DNA of 64,000 nucleotides from Escherichia phage SP27: sequence record LC494302.1. One strand, 5' to 3'. The position numbers and the translations under genes are program-made. Within the stretch, counting starts at the first letter, position 1. Each line of letters starts with the position of its first letter. Shown piece after piece: positions 32,438-41,559 of the stretch. The notes below the pieces were generated by a model. The model worked only from the letters and a program-made list of their open reading frames with translations, was not told where the DNA came from and did not search any database.

Positions 32438-32815
32438 ATGGTAAACACTATTTTACTTTTGTTGTTGAATATTCCAATTATTCTGTCTTTTTTAATTTCT
32501 ATTTTTATGGCAGGATATTGTTTAGTTGCAGTAATTCATTTCATTTTAACAAACAAATATGTCCTAATTTCTAAGCTTGATTCTATTTTTGCTTGCGATT
32601 CGATTGCTTATAACTTGTGGTTAATTTGTTCTTGCATTATGGGAGTAACTTTCCTTCTGTATGTATTTGATGTCCTTGACCAAAAGTTCGTATACATCAG
32701 TACTGGATTGGCTCTTTATCCTGCTACGTGGTACTTGATTTACGTTGGTGATATATGGTATAGTACTTATAAAGAATATCAGTACAAGAAATCACTTAAC
32801 GTTGGAGGAAAATAA
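32438..32815 (+). CDS. multi-TM membrane protein
   Basis: 125 aa hydrophobic. Confidence 0.45.
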   Translation: MVNTILLLLLNIPIILSFLISIFMAGYCLVAVIHFILTNKYVLISKLDSIFACDSIAYNLWLICSCIMGVTFLLYVFDVLDQKFVYISTGLALYPATWYLIYVGDIWYSTYKEYQYKKSLNVGGK

Positions 32816-32817
32816 TC

Positions 32818-33192
32818 ATGAAAATTATTTTATTTTTTGTATGTATGTTAATGTGTGGATTGTCATATGCTGAACCATTGGAAGGTTTAGTTTGTACAGA
32901 TGGTAATATTAAACATATCTATCAAGGTGATAGTGACGATCGAGATATTGTATATATTGATGGACAATCATATACGTTTGTTAAAGAGCATACAGTAGGC
33001 GACATTAGCTTCACTGAGTTTTCTAACGACACAGACCCTAACTTCTTAGCGTTTATTGAAGTAGATGTATATGAAGATAGTAATGGCACACAATATGCTA
33101 AATTAGTTATGATGCGTCGTGGTGCTAAAGAAACTAGTTTTGGTGGCTTGTGTAAATATAAGGATTGGTATTATGTTGATTTATCAAAGTGA
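32818..33192 (+). CDS. secreted protein (paralog of 32067)
   Basis: Signal peptide MKIILFFVCMLMCGLSYAEP; GGAGGAAAA RBS. Confidence 0.5.
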   Translation: MKIILFFVCMLMCGLSYAEPLEGLVCTDGNIKHIYQGDSDDRDIVYIDGQSYTFVKEHTVGDISFTEFSNDTDPNFLAFIEVDVYEDSNGTQYAKLVMMRRGAKETSFGGLCKYKDWYYVDLSK

Positions 33193-33355
33193 TAATATTC
33201 GTGTTATGCAGCATCCCTACTTACAAATCTTTGATGTGCAGCAGTATATGGAAGGTGATGACCCAAGAACCTATGGTCGTAAGTATGATTACTTCACTGT
33301 AAAGCAGTGTAAAAATATTAACGAAGTACGACAATTAGTTCAAGAACTTCAAAAC

Positions 33356-33390
33356 AAAGGTTGACTTCGGTCAGCCTTTTTTGTTATAAT
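33356..33390 (+). promoter_or_regulatory. PeSL-like terminator/promoter hybrid
   Basis: AAAGGTTGAC-ttcg-GTCAGCCTTTTTT; TTGACT lies in the stem, TATAAT 18 bp downstream. Confidence 0.6.
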
Positions 33391-33418
33391 TCTCTTAATA
33401 AATTAGAGGATTTTAATT

Positions 33419-33859
33419 ATGTATGTATATCGTTTTGAACTTAAATTTAGTTACATTGAACCTAACTTAGATCCTGCACGAACTGTAGGTCCGTTTGCAC
33501 GGTATTCAACCAGATACAGTACTAAAAATGGATTTGACCGTTTGCTTATGACTACACCTTCTCAATTCCAACCTGAACCAACTGAGGATGGGATCTATTC
33601 AATCAAAAGTGGATGGGTATTTGGCTGTCAAAGTTTGAAAGATTTGTTCAGATTCTTCACTATGGACTTGGGTAAATTGCATCGTGCTGGGTTTGCTATA
33701 TCTGTATATGAAGTTCCAGACCACCATGTAGACATTGGTCGTAATCAGGTTCAGTACTATTGCGGTAGTGCTAAATTAGTTCGTATCATGTCAGTTAAGG
33801 AAGCAAAGGATGAGTTCCGACAAAGTAAAAGAGAAACACATGAGGTAATATATGGATAA
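33419..33859 (+). CDS. hypothetical protein
   Basis: 146 aa, AGAGGA RBS. Confidence 0.5.
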   Translation: MYVYRFELKFSYIEPNLDPARTVGPFARYSTRYSTKNGFDRLLMTTPSQFQPEPTEDGIYSIKSGWVFGCQSLKDLFRFFTMDLGKLHRAGFAISVYEVPDHHVDIGRNQVQYYCGSAKLVRIMSVKEAKDEFRQSKRETHEVIYG

Positions 33860-34196
33860 AACTCAAATAGAATTAAAGAAATTTGTTTCATTCTATCTTC
33901 CTGATGACCCACGTAATTCACAAAAAGATATTGAATATTATAATATCCTATCTAAACAGTTAATGAGAAAGTTTCAACAGTGTTTAACTATATTCAATAC
34001 AGATGGAAGACGTAGATACCGAATCGTTTCAATGAATGATGAAAACGCAAATTTCTTTGATTACGATGTAGTTTTTAGAGCATATAATGATGATCGTATA
34101 AAATTAAATTATGATCAAATTATACTTGACCTGAATGTTATATGTGTTATAATCACTCACGTAGCCGAACTTAATGGTTTTAAAGAATGGTATTGA
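33852..34196 (+). CDS. hypothetical protein
   Basis: 114 aa. Confidence 0.45.
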   Translation: MDKTQIELKKFVSFYLPDDPRNSQKDIEYYNILSKQLMRKFQQCLTIFNTDGRRRYRIVSMNDENANFFDYDVVFRAYNDDRIKLNYDQIILDLNVICVIITHVAELNGFKEWY

Positions 34197-34210
34197 ATAG
34201 AGGATAACAT

Positions 34211-34477
34211 ATGAAGCTTAAATTACAATATAATGGATTTACTTTACGTAATGATACTGAATTTATTAATCGTTCTCCTGGTGCTGAACTGTTTTTACGA
34301 GAGATGAACATTCCTTTCATCATTACTACAGTGGGCGACCGTGAAGTTCTACAATATGCAGAGCATCCGATTATTGATGTTCCTTGGTACTCTGAGCATA
34401 TGTACATGGATATGGCACGTCGCTACAACTGTAAGTTCGTAGTTGAAGGTGATAAAATTACAGTCGAATTTAAATAA
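34211..34477 (+). CDS. hypothetical protein
   Basis: 88 aa, AGAGGATAA RBS. Confidence 0.45.
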   Translation: MKLKLQYNGFTLRNDTEFINRSPGAELFLREMNIPFIITTVGDREVLQYAEHPIIDVPWYSEHMYMDMARRYNCKFVVEGDKITVEFK

Positions 34478-34489
34478 GGTAAATTAAAA

Positions 34490-34783
34490 ATGATCAGTAC
34501 TTCAGTTAATGAAAGCATCGTCGCTGACGTAGAAATGGTTAAAGAATGTGCAGATGAAACTCTTCGTGATATGTACATTAATGATTTAATTACTGAATAC
34601 GGTAGTCGTGGTGTACACGAATTTATTCGTTTAAGTGGAGAGTTGATGAAAAATCGAATTCGTATGAAGCTTAACGTACATCCAAAAGCATGGGCATTTA
34701 CATTAAAATACGCAGAAGATATTGTTAATTTGCGTCGAACTGAAGTATATGAACGTTTGCACAATGGTATGTTAGATAAATGA
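34490..34783 (+). CDS. hypothetical protein
   Basis: 97 aa. Confidence 0.45.
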   Translation: MISTSVNESIVADVEMVKECADETLRDMYINDLITEYGSRGVHEFIRLSGELMKNRIRMKLNVHPKAWAFTLKYAEDIVNLRRTEVYERLHNGMLDK

Positions 34784-34792
34784 TTGTAAAAT

Positions 34793-34819
34793 AGGAATTC
34801 TTAAATGAATTCCTTTTTG
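34793..34819 (+). terminator. intrinsic terminator
   Basis: AGGAATTC-ttaaat-GAATTCCT plus T5. Confidence 0.55.
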
Positions 34820-34835
34820 TTTATAAGGTATAGTA

Positions 34836-35057
34836 ATGAAATATATAGTACTTGTACTGATATTATTCAGTACTGTTGTAAGTGCTAAACAAAAAGAATA
34901 TGTTAAATGTATAAATTATGAAGAGAAATATGTTGAAACATATAAAAAAAGTATAATTAAAAACGTTTCGATTACTAACAGAGCAACAATCATTGTACTT
35001 AAAAATGGGTTAATTATGCTATATAAACCACACGTTAAATGTGAAATTATTAATTGA
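34836..35057 (+). CDS. secreted small protein
   Basis: Signal peptide MKYIVLVLILFSTVVSA. Confidence 0.4.
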   Translation: MKYIVLVLILFSTVVSAKQKEYVKCINYEEKYVETYKKSIIKNVSITNRATIIVLKNGLIMLYKPHVKCEIIN

Positions 35058-35064
35058 GGAAATT

Positions 35065-35637
35065 ATGAATCGTAAAGGTCGTTTTAAAGTATCAAAAAAG
35101 AACAAAAGTTCTAGGTTTAAACCTATTGTTTTAACAGTTAAATCTAACAAAGATTTAACTGCACTTAGTAAAAAGATAATTTCATCTAAGATTGAAGTAT
35201 CATACGTAAATTCATTAAAATATATGAATGTCAAACCACTGGACCAACTCATTTCACTTATATTTGAACGTAATGATTTTGAGATATCAGTAGATGATTA
35301 TAGAGCCTATAATGCTGGTTTCATTAATGTTACTTGTAATAAAAAACTAACTGAGTTGGAAAATTTGTCATGTATAATAAATCTAGATAAAGGTGTTGTG
35401 AAGTACCATTTTGTACATTTCACTAATATCAATAATGGAATGGGTGTACAATCCAGACCTATAGTGCCTACGTGTGATGTTACTAAATTAGCAAAGCTCA
35501 ATGATGAAGAATATTTTCAAGAAAGCATTGTAACTGAGCATTTAGATGATATAATAGCTACTTACAAAGAATGCATATGGGTGTTGAATGCTATAAAACC
35601 TAAATTGTGTTTAATGAATATTGTTCGTGATTTATGA
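35065..35637 (+). CDS. hypothetical protein, FQ-motif family
   Basis: Start at MNRKG after GAGGAAA; NDEEYFQESIVTEHLDD near C-terminus. Confidence 0.5.
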   Translation: MNRKGRFKVSKKNKSSRFKPIVLTVKSNKDLTALSKKIISSKIEVSYVNSLKYMNVKPLDQLISLIFERNDFEISVDDYRAYNAGFINVTCNKKLTELENLSCIINLDKGVVKYHFVHFTNINNGMGVQSRPIVPTCDVTKLAKLNDEEYFQESIVTEHLDDIIATYKECIWVLNAIKPKLCLMNIVRDL

Positions 35638-35650
35638 ATGGGGAATCGTA

Positions 35651-36094
35651 ATGAGTTGGGTAAATGTTAATAGTATTGAACTTAACGAACAAGATATTTT
35701 TGCATTTGTAAATTTAACTAATAACACAGTACTAAAAGGGCGTTTGTTCAGTGCTAGTGATGGGTACAAATGGATCTCTTTGATGGATGATAGTGGTGTG
35801 ATTTATAATGTAATGCAATTACCCCAATGGGTATATAGTAACACTGCTGACGATGTTCTTACCGCAGTTATGCGTGAGTTTGAAAAACTCCCAGGTGGTG
35901 ATATCAAAAACAAAGTTTTTAATGCAGAACGTAAAAATTATACAGCACAGCAGTTGGAATCCGTTGCCATTGCTGCTTATCAAGCTGCTATTAAGAAGCC
36001 AGAGTGCGTTATTCTTAAGTATGTACCAGACTTAAAACTTACGTTGGAAGACATGGATGCATTCATTTTTACATCTGAACTTGATCAGTACTAA
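35651..36094 (+). CDS. hypothetical protein
   Basis: Start at MSWVNVN; 147 aa. Confidence 0.5.
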   Translation: MSWVNVNSIELNEQDIFAFVNLTNNTVLKGRLFSASDGYKWISLMDDSGVIYNVMQLPQWVYSNTADDVLTAVMREFEKLPGGDIKNKVFNAERKNYTAQQLESVAIAAYQAAIKKPECVILKYVPDLKLTLEDMDAFIFTSELDQY

Positions 36095-36210
36095 TTTAAC
36101 TTTGGGACAACCATTCTTATTATGATATAATGTTTTATGTCATTCGATATAAATGACAAACGGAACTATAAATATTATAGTAAAATTTATCTCTTATAGG
36201 AGTTATAAAA

Positions 36211-36594
36211 ATGGTTGATAAATGGAATAAGAAAGATCCATCACATGATGTTGATATTTCTGGTCTAGACAATGCACATAAGCACAAGTATCTAGATTCA
36301 CTAGGTCTTCTAAAACCAGACCAAAGTCTTGCACATGATCGTCCATCCCGTGAAAAAGCATTTAGCCTAGAATCACTAGGTCATGAGCTTAATCGTGTGT
36401 TTGAGGATCACCCAATCTATGTACGTGATATTATCGAGAAACTTAAAGTAACTCCTAAAGAGCACTTTAAAGCAACTGTACACTCTGCATTCCGTGCATT
36501 ACATGAATCTCTAAAGAAAACTCACAATCTTCGTAAAATTCATGATGAAATCGTGAATGCAATCGAAAGTGAAAAACATAAGTTCAAGAAGTAA
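36211..36594 (+). CDS. hypothetical protein (SLGLL-motif, paralogous domain with 36840)
   Basis: 127 aa, TAGGAG RBS; motif YLDSLGLLKPDQ. Confidence 0.5.
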   Translation: MVDKWNKKDPSHDVDISGLDNAHKHKYLDSLGLLKPDQSLAHDRPSREKAFSLESLGHELNRVFEDHPIYVRDIIEKLKVTPKEHFKATVHSAFRALHESLKKTHNLRKIHDEIVNAIESEKHKFKK

Positions 36595-36597
36595 TAA

Positions 36598-36632
36598 AAA
36601 GGGTTGACTAAGGTCAGCCCTTTGTTGTATCA
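36598..36632 (+). promoter_or_regulatory. PeSL-like terminator/promoter hybrid (variant loop)
   Basis: AAAGGGTTGAC-taag-GTCAGCCCTTTG; weaker -10. Confidence 0.5.
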
Positions 36633-36662
36633 TAACTTCTCAATATAACTGAGGTATCATAT

Positions 36663-36776
36663 ATGCAAGGTTTAAAATTTGTAGTTGCTGCACTCATCGC
36701 CGCAGTACTGGTTGGTGGTGTATTCTATGTAGTGGATCAAAAAGTAAATCCACCTGCACAAGAACAATCTAAGTAA
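36663..36776 (+). CDS. small single-TM protein
   Basis: 37 aa ORF MQGLKFVVAALIAAVLVGGVFYVV, bracketed by two PeSL elements. Confidence 0.3.
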   Translation: MQGLKFVVAALIAAVLVGGVFYVVDQKVNPPAQEQSK

Positions 36777-36782
36777 CAAAAT

Positions 36783-36815
36783 AAGGTTGACTTCGGTCAG
36801 CCTTTTCTTTATACT
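36783..36815 (+). promoter_or_regulatory. PeSL-like terminator/promoter hybrid
   Basis: AAGGTTGAC-ttcg-GTCAGCCTTTT; TTGACT-17-TATACT. Confidence 0.6.
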
Positions 36816-36839
36816 ATAAATATAGACATAGAGAAAAAA

Positions 36840-38117
36840 ATGAAATCTATGGAGAGAAATCAAATGCCAAGTAATTTTACTGATAAAAATGGTGGTAACA
36901 TGGCTGGTCACTCTGATAAATGGAGTGAACGCAACCGCCGTCCAAATAGTTATCAAGCAGGTCAAGGTTCACGTGGATCACGTAACCAAGGAACTGGTCT
37001 AGCTGGTAAAGCAAACGCAGAAGCAGGTGAAGTTAAGAGTACTGAGAACATGACTGAGCTAGAAAAGCTACGTTATGTTAATTCATTGGGACTTCTTAAT
37101 GCTACACAAAAACAACGCCTAGCTGATATGGAACGTGAAGAAAAAGAAAAGTCTGCTCCTGCGAAAGAAGAACCAAAACAAGAAGCACCAAAGGCGGTTA
37201 ACCCTGTCAAAGAACTGTCTGATAAGTTAGGTAAGATTTTTGCTAATAAACCACAACTTATCCAAGGTATTGTGAAAGAATTGCAATCTGTACCTAAAGA
37301 AGAATTAAAAGTCAAAGCACAAGCTGTGCTTGATGCAATGAGTGGAAATACCAGTACTGAACCAACTGAAGTATTCAGTACTATAATGCGTGCACTTGAA
37401 GGTACGCAACAAGGTGATGTGCCTGCACAAGAGGAAGTAAGTCTTGAAAGCGTACTTAAAACATTTGATAGTATTGGTAAAGAAGACCGTGCTAATGCTC
37501 AACAAGTTAAGAATGTACTAGCTAAGTTAGAAAACCGTCTGGAAGGTAAAGACGATAAGATTAAATTAGTATCTGATGCAGTTAACGATGCACTTAAATC
37601 TTATGTACAAGGTGAAAAGAGTCGTTTTGTAACTGCAATGGATGCTGCATTCAATACTATGAAAAAGTATGAAGCTGATCATGGTGAGAAGGTTACACGA
37701 GATGGTTATCTGATGCGTGATGATGAAGAAGGTGCAGTAGAACAGAACGATGTTCATTCAGACGAAGAAATTGATGACATGGAAGCTGAACTGTCACAAG
37801 ACCGCCAAATGACTGAAAAATCCCATAACGAACTACAGAAATTAATGCAATGGGTTGCAGATGTTGGTGAAAAAGCTGGTGCTGATAAGAAGAGTATAAA
37901 TCGAAATCTTAGTTGGATTAAAGATAAAGTTGGTAACAACGCTCGTAAACTACAAAAAGCGTGGACTGATGTAGTGAATGGTGCTGTTGATATTGATGTT
38001 GAATCCGGTGAGGCATATGATTATGCATTGACTACACTTGATGACTCTTTCCGTGATTACGAAAATGGAAATGTAACTCCTTGGGAAAAGGACATCATGA
38101 GCAAATACGGTAAATGA
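36840..38117 (+). CDS. hypothetical protein, K/E/Q-rich (SLGLL motif)
   Basis: 425 aa; low-complexity basic N-terminus, LRYVNSLGLLNATQ motif, charged helical body. Confidence 0.55.
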   Translation: MKSMERNQMPSNFTDKNGGNMAGHSDKWSERNRRPNSYQAGQGSRGSRNQGTGLAGKANAEAGEVKSTENMTELEKLRYVNSLGLLNATQKQRLADMEREEKEKSAPAKEEPKQEAPKAVNPVKELSDKLGKIFANKPQLIQGIVKELQSVPKEELKVKAQAVLDAMSGNTSTEPTEVFSTIMRALEGTQQGDVPAQEEVSLESVLKTFDSIGKEDRANAQQVKNVLAKLENRLEGKDDKIKLVSDAVNDALKSYVQGEKSRFVTAMDAAFNTMKKYEADHGEKVTRDGYLMRDDEEGAVEQNDVHSDEEIDDMEAELSQDRQMTEKSHNELQKLMQWVADVGEKAGADKKSINRNLSWIKDKVGNNARKLQKAWTDVVNGAVDIDVESGEAYDYALTTLDDSFRDYENGNVTPWEKDIMSKYGK

Positions 38118-38123
38118 TAAAAC

Positions 38124-38160
38124 AAAAGGTTGACTTCGGTCAGCCTTTTTTTGTAAATAC
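38124..38160 (+). promoter_or_regulatory. PeSL-like terminator/promoter hybrid
   Basis: AAAAGGTTGAC-ttcg-GTCAGCCTTTTTTT. Confidence 0.55.
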
Positions 38161-38188
38161 AAAAGAGGAATTAAGAAGAGGGATTACA

Positions 38189-38440
38189 ATGAAAAAATAT
38201 ATTATATTTGGAATTGTATTATTTTCCAGTACTGCTTATGGTGCAGATTATCATTGCTCCGTAGCAAGGCAGGATTTCAGAAATGGGGAGTTCTATACTA
38301 CCTCATACACAAAAGGAATAATACACGACACCGACAGAACTATTGGATTTAATGCGTTTGACAACAAAGATTCATATACTTCAGGTATACTATCTGAGCG
38401 TAAGACTGATGTAATGGGAATAGAAAAAGAGTTTCGGTGA
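38189..38440 (+). CDS. secreted small protein
   Basis: Start at MKKYIIFGIVLFSSTAYGADY; upstream in-frame codons are the PeSL itself. Confidence 0.45.
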   Translation: MKKYIIFGIVLFSSTAYGADYHCSVARQDFRNGEFYTTSYTKGIIHDTDRTIGFNAFDNKDSYTSGILSERKTDVMGIEKEFR

Positions 38441-38444
38441 TTCC

Positions 38445-38774
38445 GTGGCAATGTGTAATGACATTGAAAGTACTAAAACAATTTATTATAATAATGAACG
38501 TAACTATCGTTTTCATAATTTAACCACAAATAAAAGTTTACTATTTTACAATTGTAAAGAAGTAATACTCCCATCAGACAATAGCTGTACTCCAACTAAT
38601 CAACCCCCAGCACAATGTAATACTCCCTCTGAACCTGATAAAAATAAAAAAGACAAAGATAAAGATAAAAAAGAAGACAAAAAACCTTTAAAAGATAAAA
38701 AGAAAGATAAAAAACCTAATCCGTTTAAAAATAATAAACCAGCACAACCCGATATGACGTGTAAAATAAAATAA
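38445..38774 (+). CDS. lysine-rich hypothetical protein
   Basis: 109 aa with KDKDKDKKEDKKPLKDKKKDKK tract. Confidence 0.35.
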   Translation: MAMCNDIESTKTIYYNNERNYRFHNLTTNKSLLFYNCKEVILPSDNSCTPTNQPPAQCNTPSEPDKNKKDKDKDKKEDKKPLKDKKKDKKPNPFKNNKPAQPDMTCKIK

Positions 38775-38783
38775 GGATATATA

Positions 38784-39203
38784 ATGAAAAAGATTTTTTT
38801 AAGTATTATTTTAGTACTTTTTAGTTTTAATGTATATGCAGCAGATGCTAAACAGGTTGCTAATACAGTAAAAGATGTTATAGTAGACAATGCTCCTACC
38901 TTAGAGGAAATTGGGGTAAAAACTTGTGATATAGTAATATATAATTTAGTTAATGATGAACGAGTTATGTTGAATACGTATGAACAAGTAGTCCCATTGG
39001 TTGAATCTGGTGATGCTTTTAGCTTTACATATAAAGTTAAATTAACAGGAGGGGTTGAAGTTAATCTTGACATTGATACCGCTTCAGTACTAAAAGATAA
39101 ACTAGGATATGTGTTCAATCGTATTCGTGAAGAAGGTCATCTTAAGTATGTTTATGAAAGTAAAATACTAAAACGTGCAATAGTTATAGAAAACTGTAAA
39201 TGA
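38784..39203 (+). CDS. secreted protein
   Basis: Signal peptide MKKIFLSIILVLFSFNVYAADA; AAGGATATA RBS. Confidence 0.5.
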   Translation: MKKIFLSIILVLFSFNVYAADAKQVANTVKDVIVDNAPTLEEIGVKTCDIVIYNLVNDERVMLNTYEQVVPLVESGDAFSFTYKVKLTGGVEVNLDIDTASVLKDKLGYVFNRIREEGHLKYVYESKILKRAIVIENCK

Positions 39204-39207
39204 TAAT

Positions 39208-39244
39208 AAAAGGGTTGACTTCGGTCAGCCTTTTTTGTTATGAT
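39208..39244 (+). promoter_or_regulatory. PeSL-like terminator/promoter hybrid
   Basis: AAAAGGGTTGAC-ttcg-GTCAGCCTTTTTT; TTGACT-18-TATGAT. Confidence 0.6.
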
Positions 39245-39272
39245 GTTGATATTAACTACAGAGGATAAAGTA

Positions 39273-39914
39273 ATGACTAAGCAAGAAATATTCAAAACTT
39301 TAATTGACATTTTGCGTCCATCAAAAACTCGTTGTGCGATGGAGTTTGATATTCCTTATGCTGAACGCGTAATCTTTCCACAAGTTAAAGCTGCTGGACT
39401 TACTTTGCTTGGAATGGGGATGTACTCTGTAGTAGTTGAACATAAAAACTATCCTGGACGAGCATTTAAAGTAACCACTTCACGCTGGGATGGTTTTCGT
39501 GCTTATGCAAAGTACTGCATTGAAAACGCAGGAACCAAGTTTCTTCCAGTGATCTACAGTGCCAACGAACAAGGAAACTTTGGATGGTATGAGATGGACA
39601 AGTACTATCCTATAATTAAACAAAAAAATAATTATGATGACTTTGTTAGTACTAAAATTGGAGATTTATATTCTTATGCACATGCTGGTCAGTACGCTAC
39701 TTCAGTGAATGATATGCGTGGAAATTCTGAAGAGATTGCTATTGCGACGGTCGCTGCTAACATCATGAAAGAGTTTCACGGGCGTTTTGTACCAGACATT
39801 CATTCAAGTAATGTAATGATGGATAAAGATGGGAATGTATTCATTACTGATCCTCTTTCGTGTGATGTGCGTAGAGAAATACCAATTACTGAAGAAGATC
39901 CAGTTTTTTATTGA
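39273..39914 (+). CDS. atypical kinase-like protein (tentative)
   Basis: Start at MTKQEIF after GAGGATAAAG; DIHSSNVMMDKDGNVFITDP resembles HxDxxxxN catalytic loop and metal-binding D of APH/choline-kinase-like kinases. Confidence 0.4.
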   Translation: MTKQEIFKTLIDILRPSKTRCAMEFDIPYAERVIFPQVKAAGLTLLGMGMYSVVVEHKNYPGRAFKVTTSRWDGFRAYAKYCIENAGTKFLPVIYSANEQGNFGWYEMDKYYPIIKQKNNYDDFVSTKIGDLYSYAHAGQYATSVNDMRGNSEEIAIATVAANIMKEFHGRFVPDIHSSNVMMDKDGNVFITDPLSCDVRREIPITEEDPVFY

Positions 39915-39975
39915 CAGAACTGATGTTCTGATGTATTCTTAATAAACCATAAAAATTGCGGTAAAGGATAAAATC

Positions 39976-40257
39976 ATGCGTTCATTTGAAAACTTAATAG
40001 GTAAGCATCTTTTATCTGAAATTGATGCAGACGTTAAAGAATTATCCAAATCAAAAAGTTACATTCATTTGGATGAACTATTTGTTAAGTACGGTGAGAT
40101 TGGTTTTAAGTCATTATTTGTTTTTACTATGAAAGTACATAGTTTAAAGTACTTCGATTTGAGTGCTAAAGATGGTGAACCGAATCTATATTACATGTAT
40201 TACCTTAAGAACAAAGATGAAGCTAATACATTACTCTCTGAATATATATTGGGGTAA
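39976..40257 (+). CDS. hypothetical protein
   Basis: 93 aa, AAAGGATAAA RBS. Confidence 0.4.
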   Translation: MRSFENLIGKHLLSEIDADVKELSKSKSYIHLDELFVKYGEIGFKSLFVFTMKVHSLKYFDLSAKDGEPNLYYMYYLKNKDEANTLLSEYILG

Positions 40258-40259
40258 AA

Positions 40260-40598
40260 ATGGAACAATATTTTGAATTAATAAACAAAGTATCATTTTA
40301 TGTAGTATCTTTGGTTTGGGTGTATTATATGTTTTGCTACATTATTGCATTCTTCCGATACACTACTTTATATGAACGTATCTACTATGATGCCCCAATT
40401 TCATTCTTGATGTTTTGTGCATGTACGTGGGGAATATTAGAAGTACTGATATGTGGGTATAGTACTGATGAATTAAATCTGGTATCGGTCTTGACTGGGT
40501 TTTCATTTGTTGTTATGATAGCTGCCGTTCCAGTATGGTTGTTCTTTGGACTAGTTCATCGCATTGATATATGGCGTTCTAATATCCCTGAAAAGTAA
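40260..40598 (+). CDS. small multi-TM protein, array A member 1
   Basis: 112 aa, 3-4 TM helices, basic tail RSNIPEK. Confidence 0.5.
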   Translation: MEQYFELINKVSFYVVSLVWVYYMFCYIIAFFRYTTLYERIYYDAPISFLMFCACTWGILEVLICGYSTDELNLVSVLTGFSFVVMIAAVPVWLFFGLVHRIDIWRSNIPEK

Positions 40599-40607
40599 GG
40601 ATTGGTA

Positions 40608-40949
40608 ATGATTTATTACACTAACATGTTTGCCTATGCTGTTGCTTGCATTTACATTGTTTACTTCTTATTTGGTGGAGTACTGTGCTTCTTTAAGTAC
40701 AAAACGTTGTTCAACCGAATGTACCCAAATCATCCAATTGTAGTTGTACTTTTGATTCTTTCAGTTTCTCAAATAATCGTTGAAACTACAATGGGTATCA
40801 GTAGTGTACATTATAGTTTTGGTACTATAGTAATTATTACTATGCTTATTGCATACATTTTAGTACTTGGATATGGTATCTTTGGTAATATTGGTATGAA
40901 AATGTATCATCGAATTAAAACATTACGTGATAATCTACCGGAGCGTTGA
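40608..40949 (+). CDS. small multi-TM protein, array A member 2
   Basis: Paralog; tail LRDNLPER. Confidence 0.5.
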   Translation: MIYYTNMFAYAVACIYIVYFLFGGVLCFFKYKTLFNRMYPNHPIVVVLLILSVSQIIVETTMGISSVHYSFGTIVIITMLIAYILVLGYGIFGNIGMKMYHRIKTLRDNLPER

Positions 40950-40950
40950 T

Positions 40951-41295
40951 ATGTATAATTTGAACCTAATCTCATATATTATAACAACACTGTTTACATT
41001 CTATGCCTTTGTTGGTATAATCCTACTGTACTTTAAATTTTATAAAGTGTTTAACCGTTTCTATCCTTCAATGGAGAATGAGTTTTTCTTTGTGTTGTAC
41101 GTATGTTACACATTCATGGCTACATGTTTCACTGTAGTCGATGGTGTCATCGGCATTAAAACTGCTGCACCAAATGGTAGTACGCTGGTTGCATTTATTC
41201 TTACCGGATTCCTTGCAACTTATATTGCCTTCATTGCAACATGGTCAGTGGTTGAATTTCTCTTGCGACTACGAAAGAATATGCCGAATCGATAG
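40951..41295 (+). CDS. small multi-TM protein, array A member 3
   Basis: Paralog; tail LRKNMPNR; TGATATG coupling. Confidence 0.5.
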   Translation: MYNLNLISYIITTLFTFYAFVGIILLYFKFYKVFNRFYPSMENEFFFVLYVCYTFMATCFTVVDGVIGIKTAAPNGSTLVAFILTGFLATYIAFIATWSVVEFLLRLRKNMPNR

Positions 41296-41304
41296 GAGAC
41301 ATAT

Positions 41305-41559
41305 ATGTTTGCATTGCGTAACAAAAACACTAAAGAAATATTATGTTTAGATACCGTATGGGATTGTGCGGGATCAACTACAGTTCTTGAAGAAGGAACT
41401 GGATATTGCGTGTTTGTTGTACATGATAGGAATGAACTCGAATTATTACTTGCTGAGTTCAATGCTGGTGGTAATCCTAACAGTACTGAATACCCTGAGA
41501 TTATCAATCCAGCACCACCAGGCTCTTATGAAATTCTACAACTGTGGGAGTTGAAGTAA
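41305..41559 (+). CDS. hypothetical protein
   Basis: 84 aa, AGGAGACA RBS. Confidence 0.45.
   Translation: MFALRNKNTKEILCLDTVWDCAGSTTVLEEGTGYCVFVVHDRNELELLLAEFNAGGNPNSTEYPEIINPAPPGSYEILQLWELK

Noticed and set aside
38114-38188. Upstream extension of the 38189 gene (MIKQKVDFGQPFF...)
   Set aside because: These codons are the PeSL hairpin read in frame; the real start is the ATG before the signal peptide.
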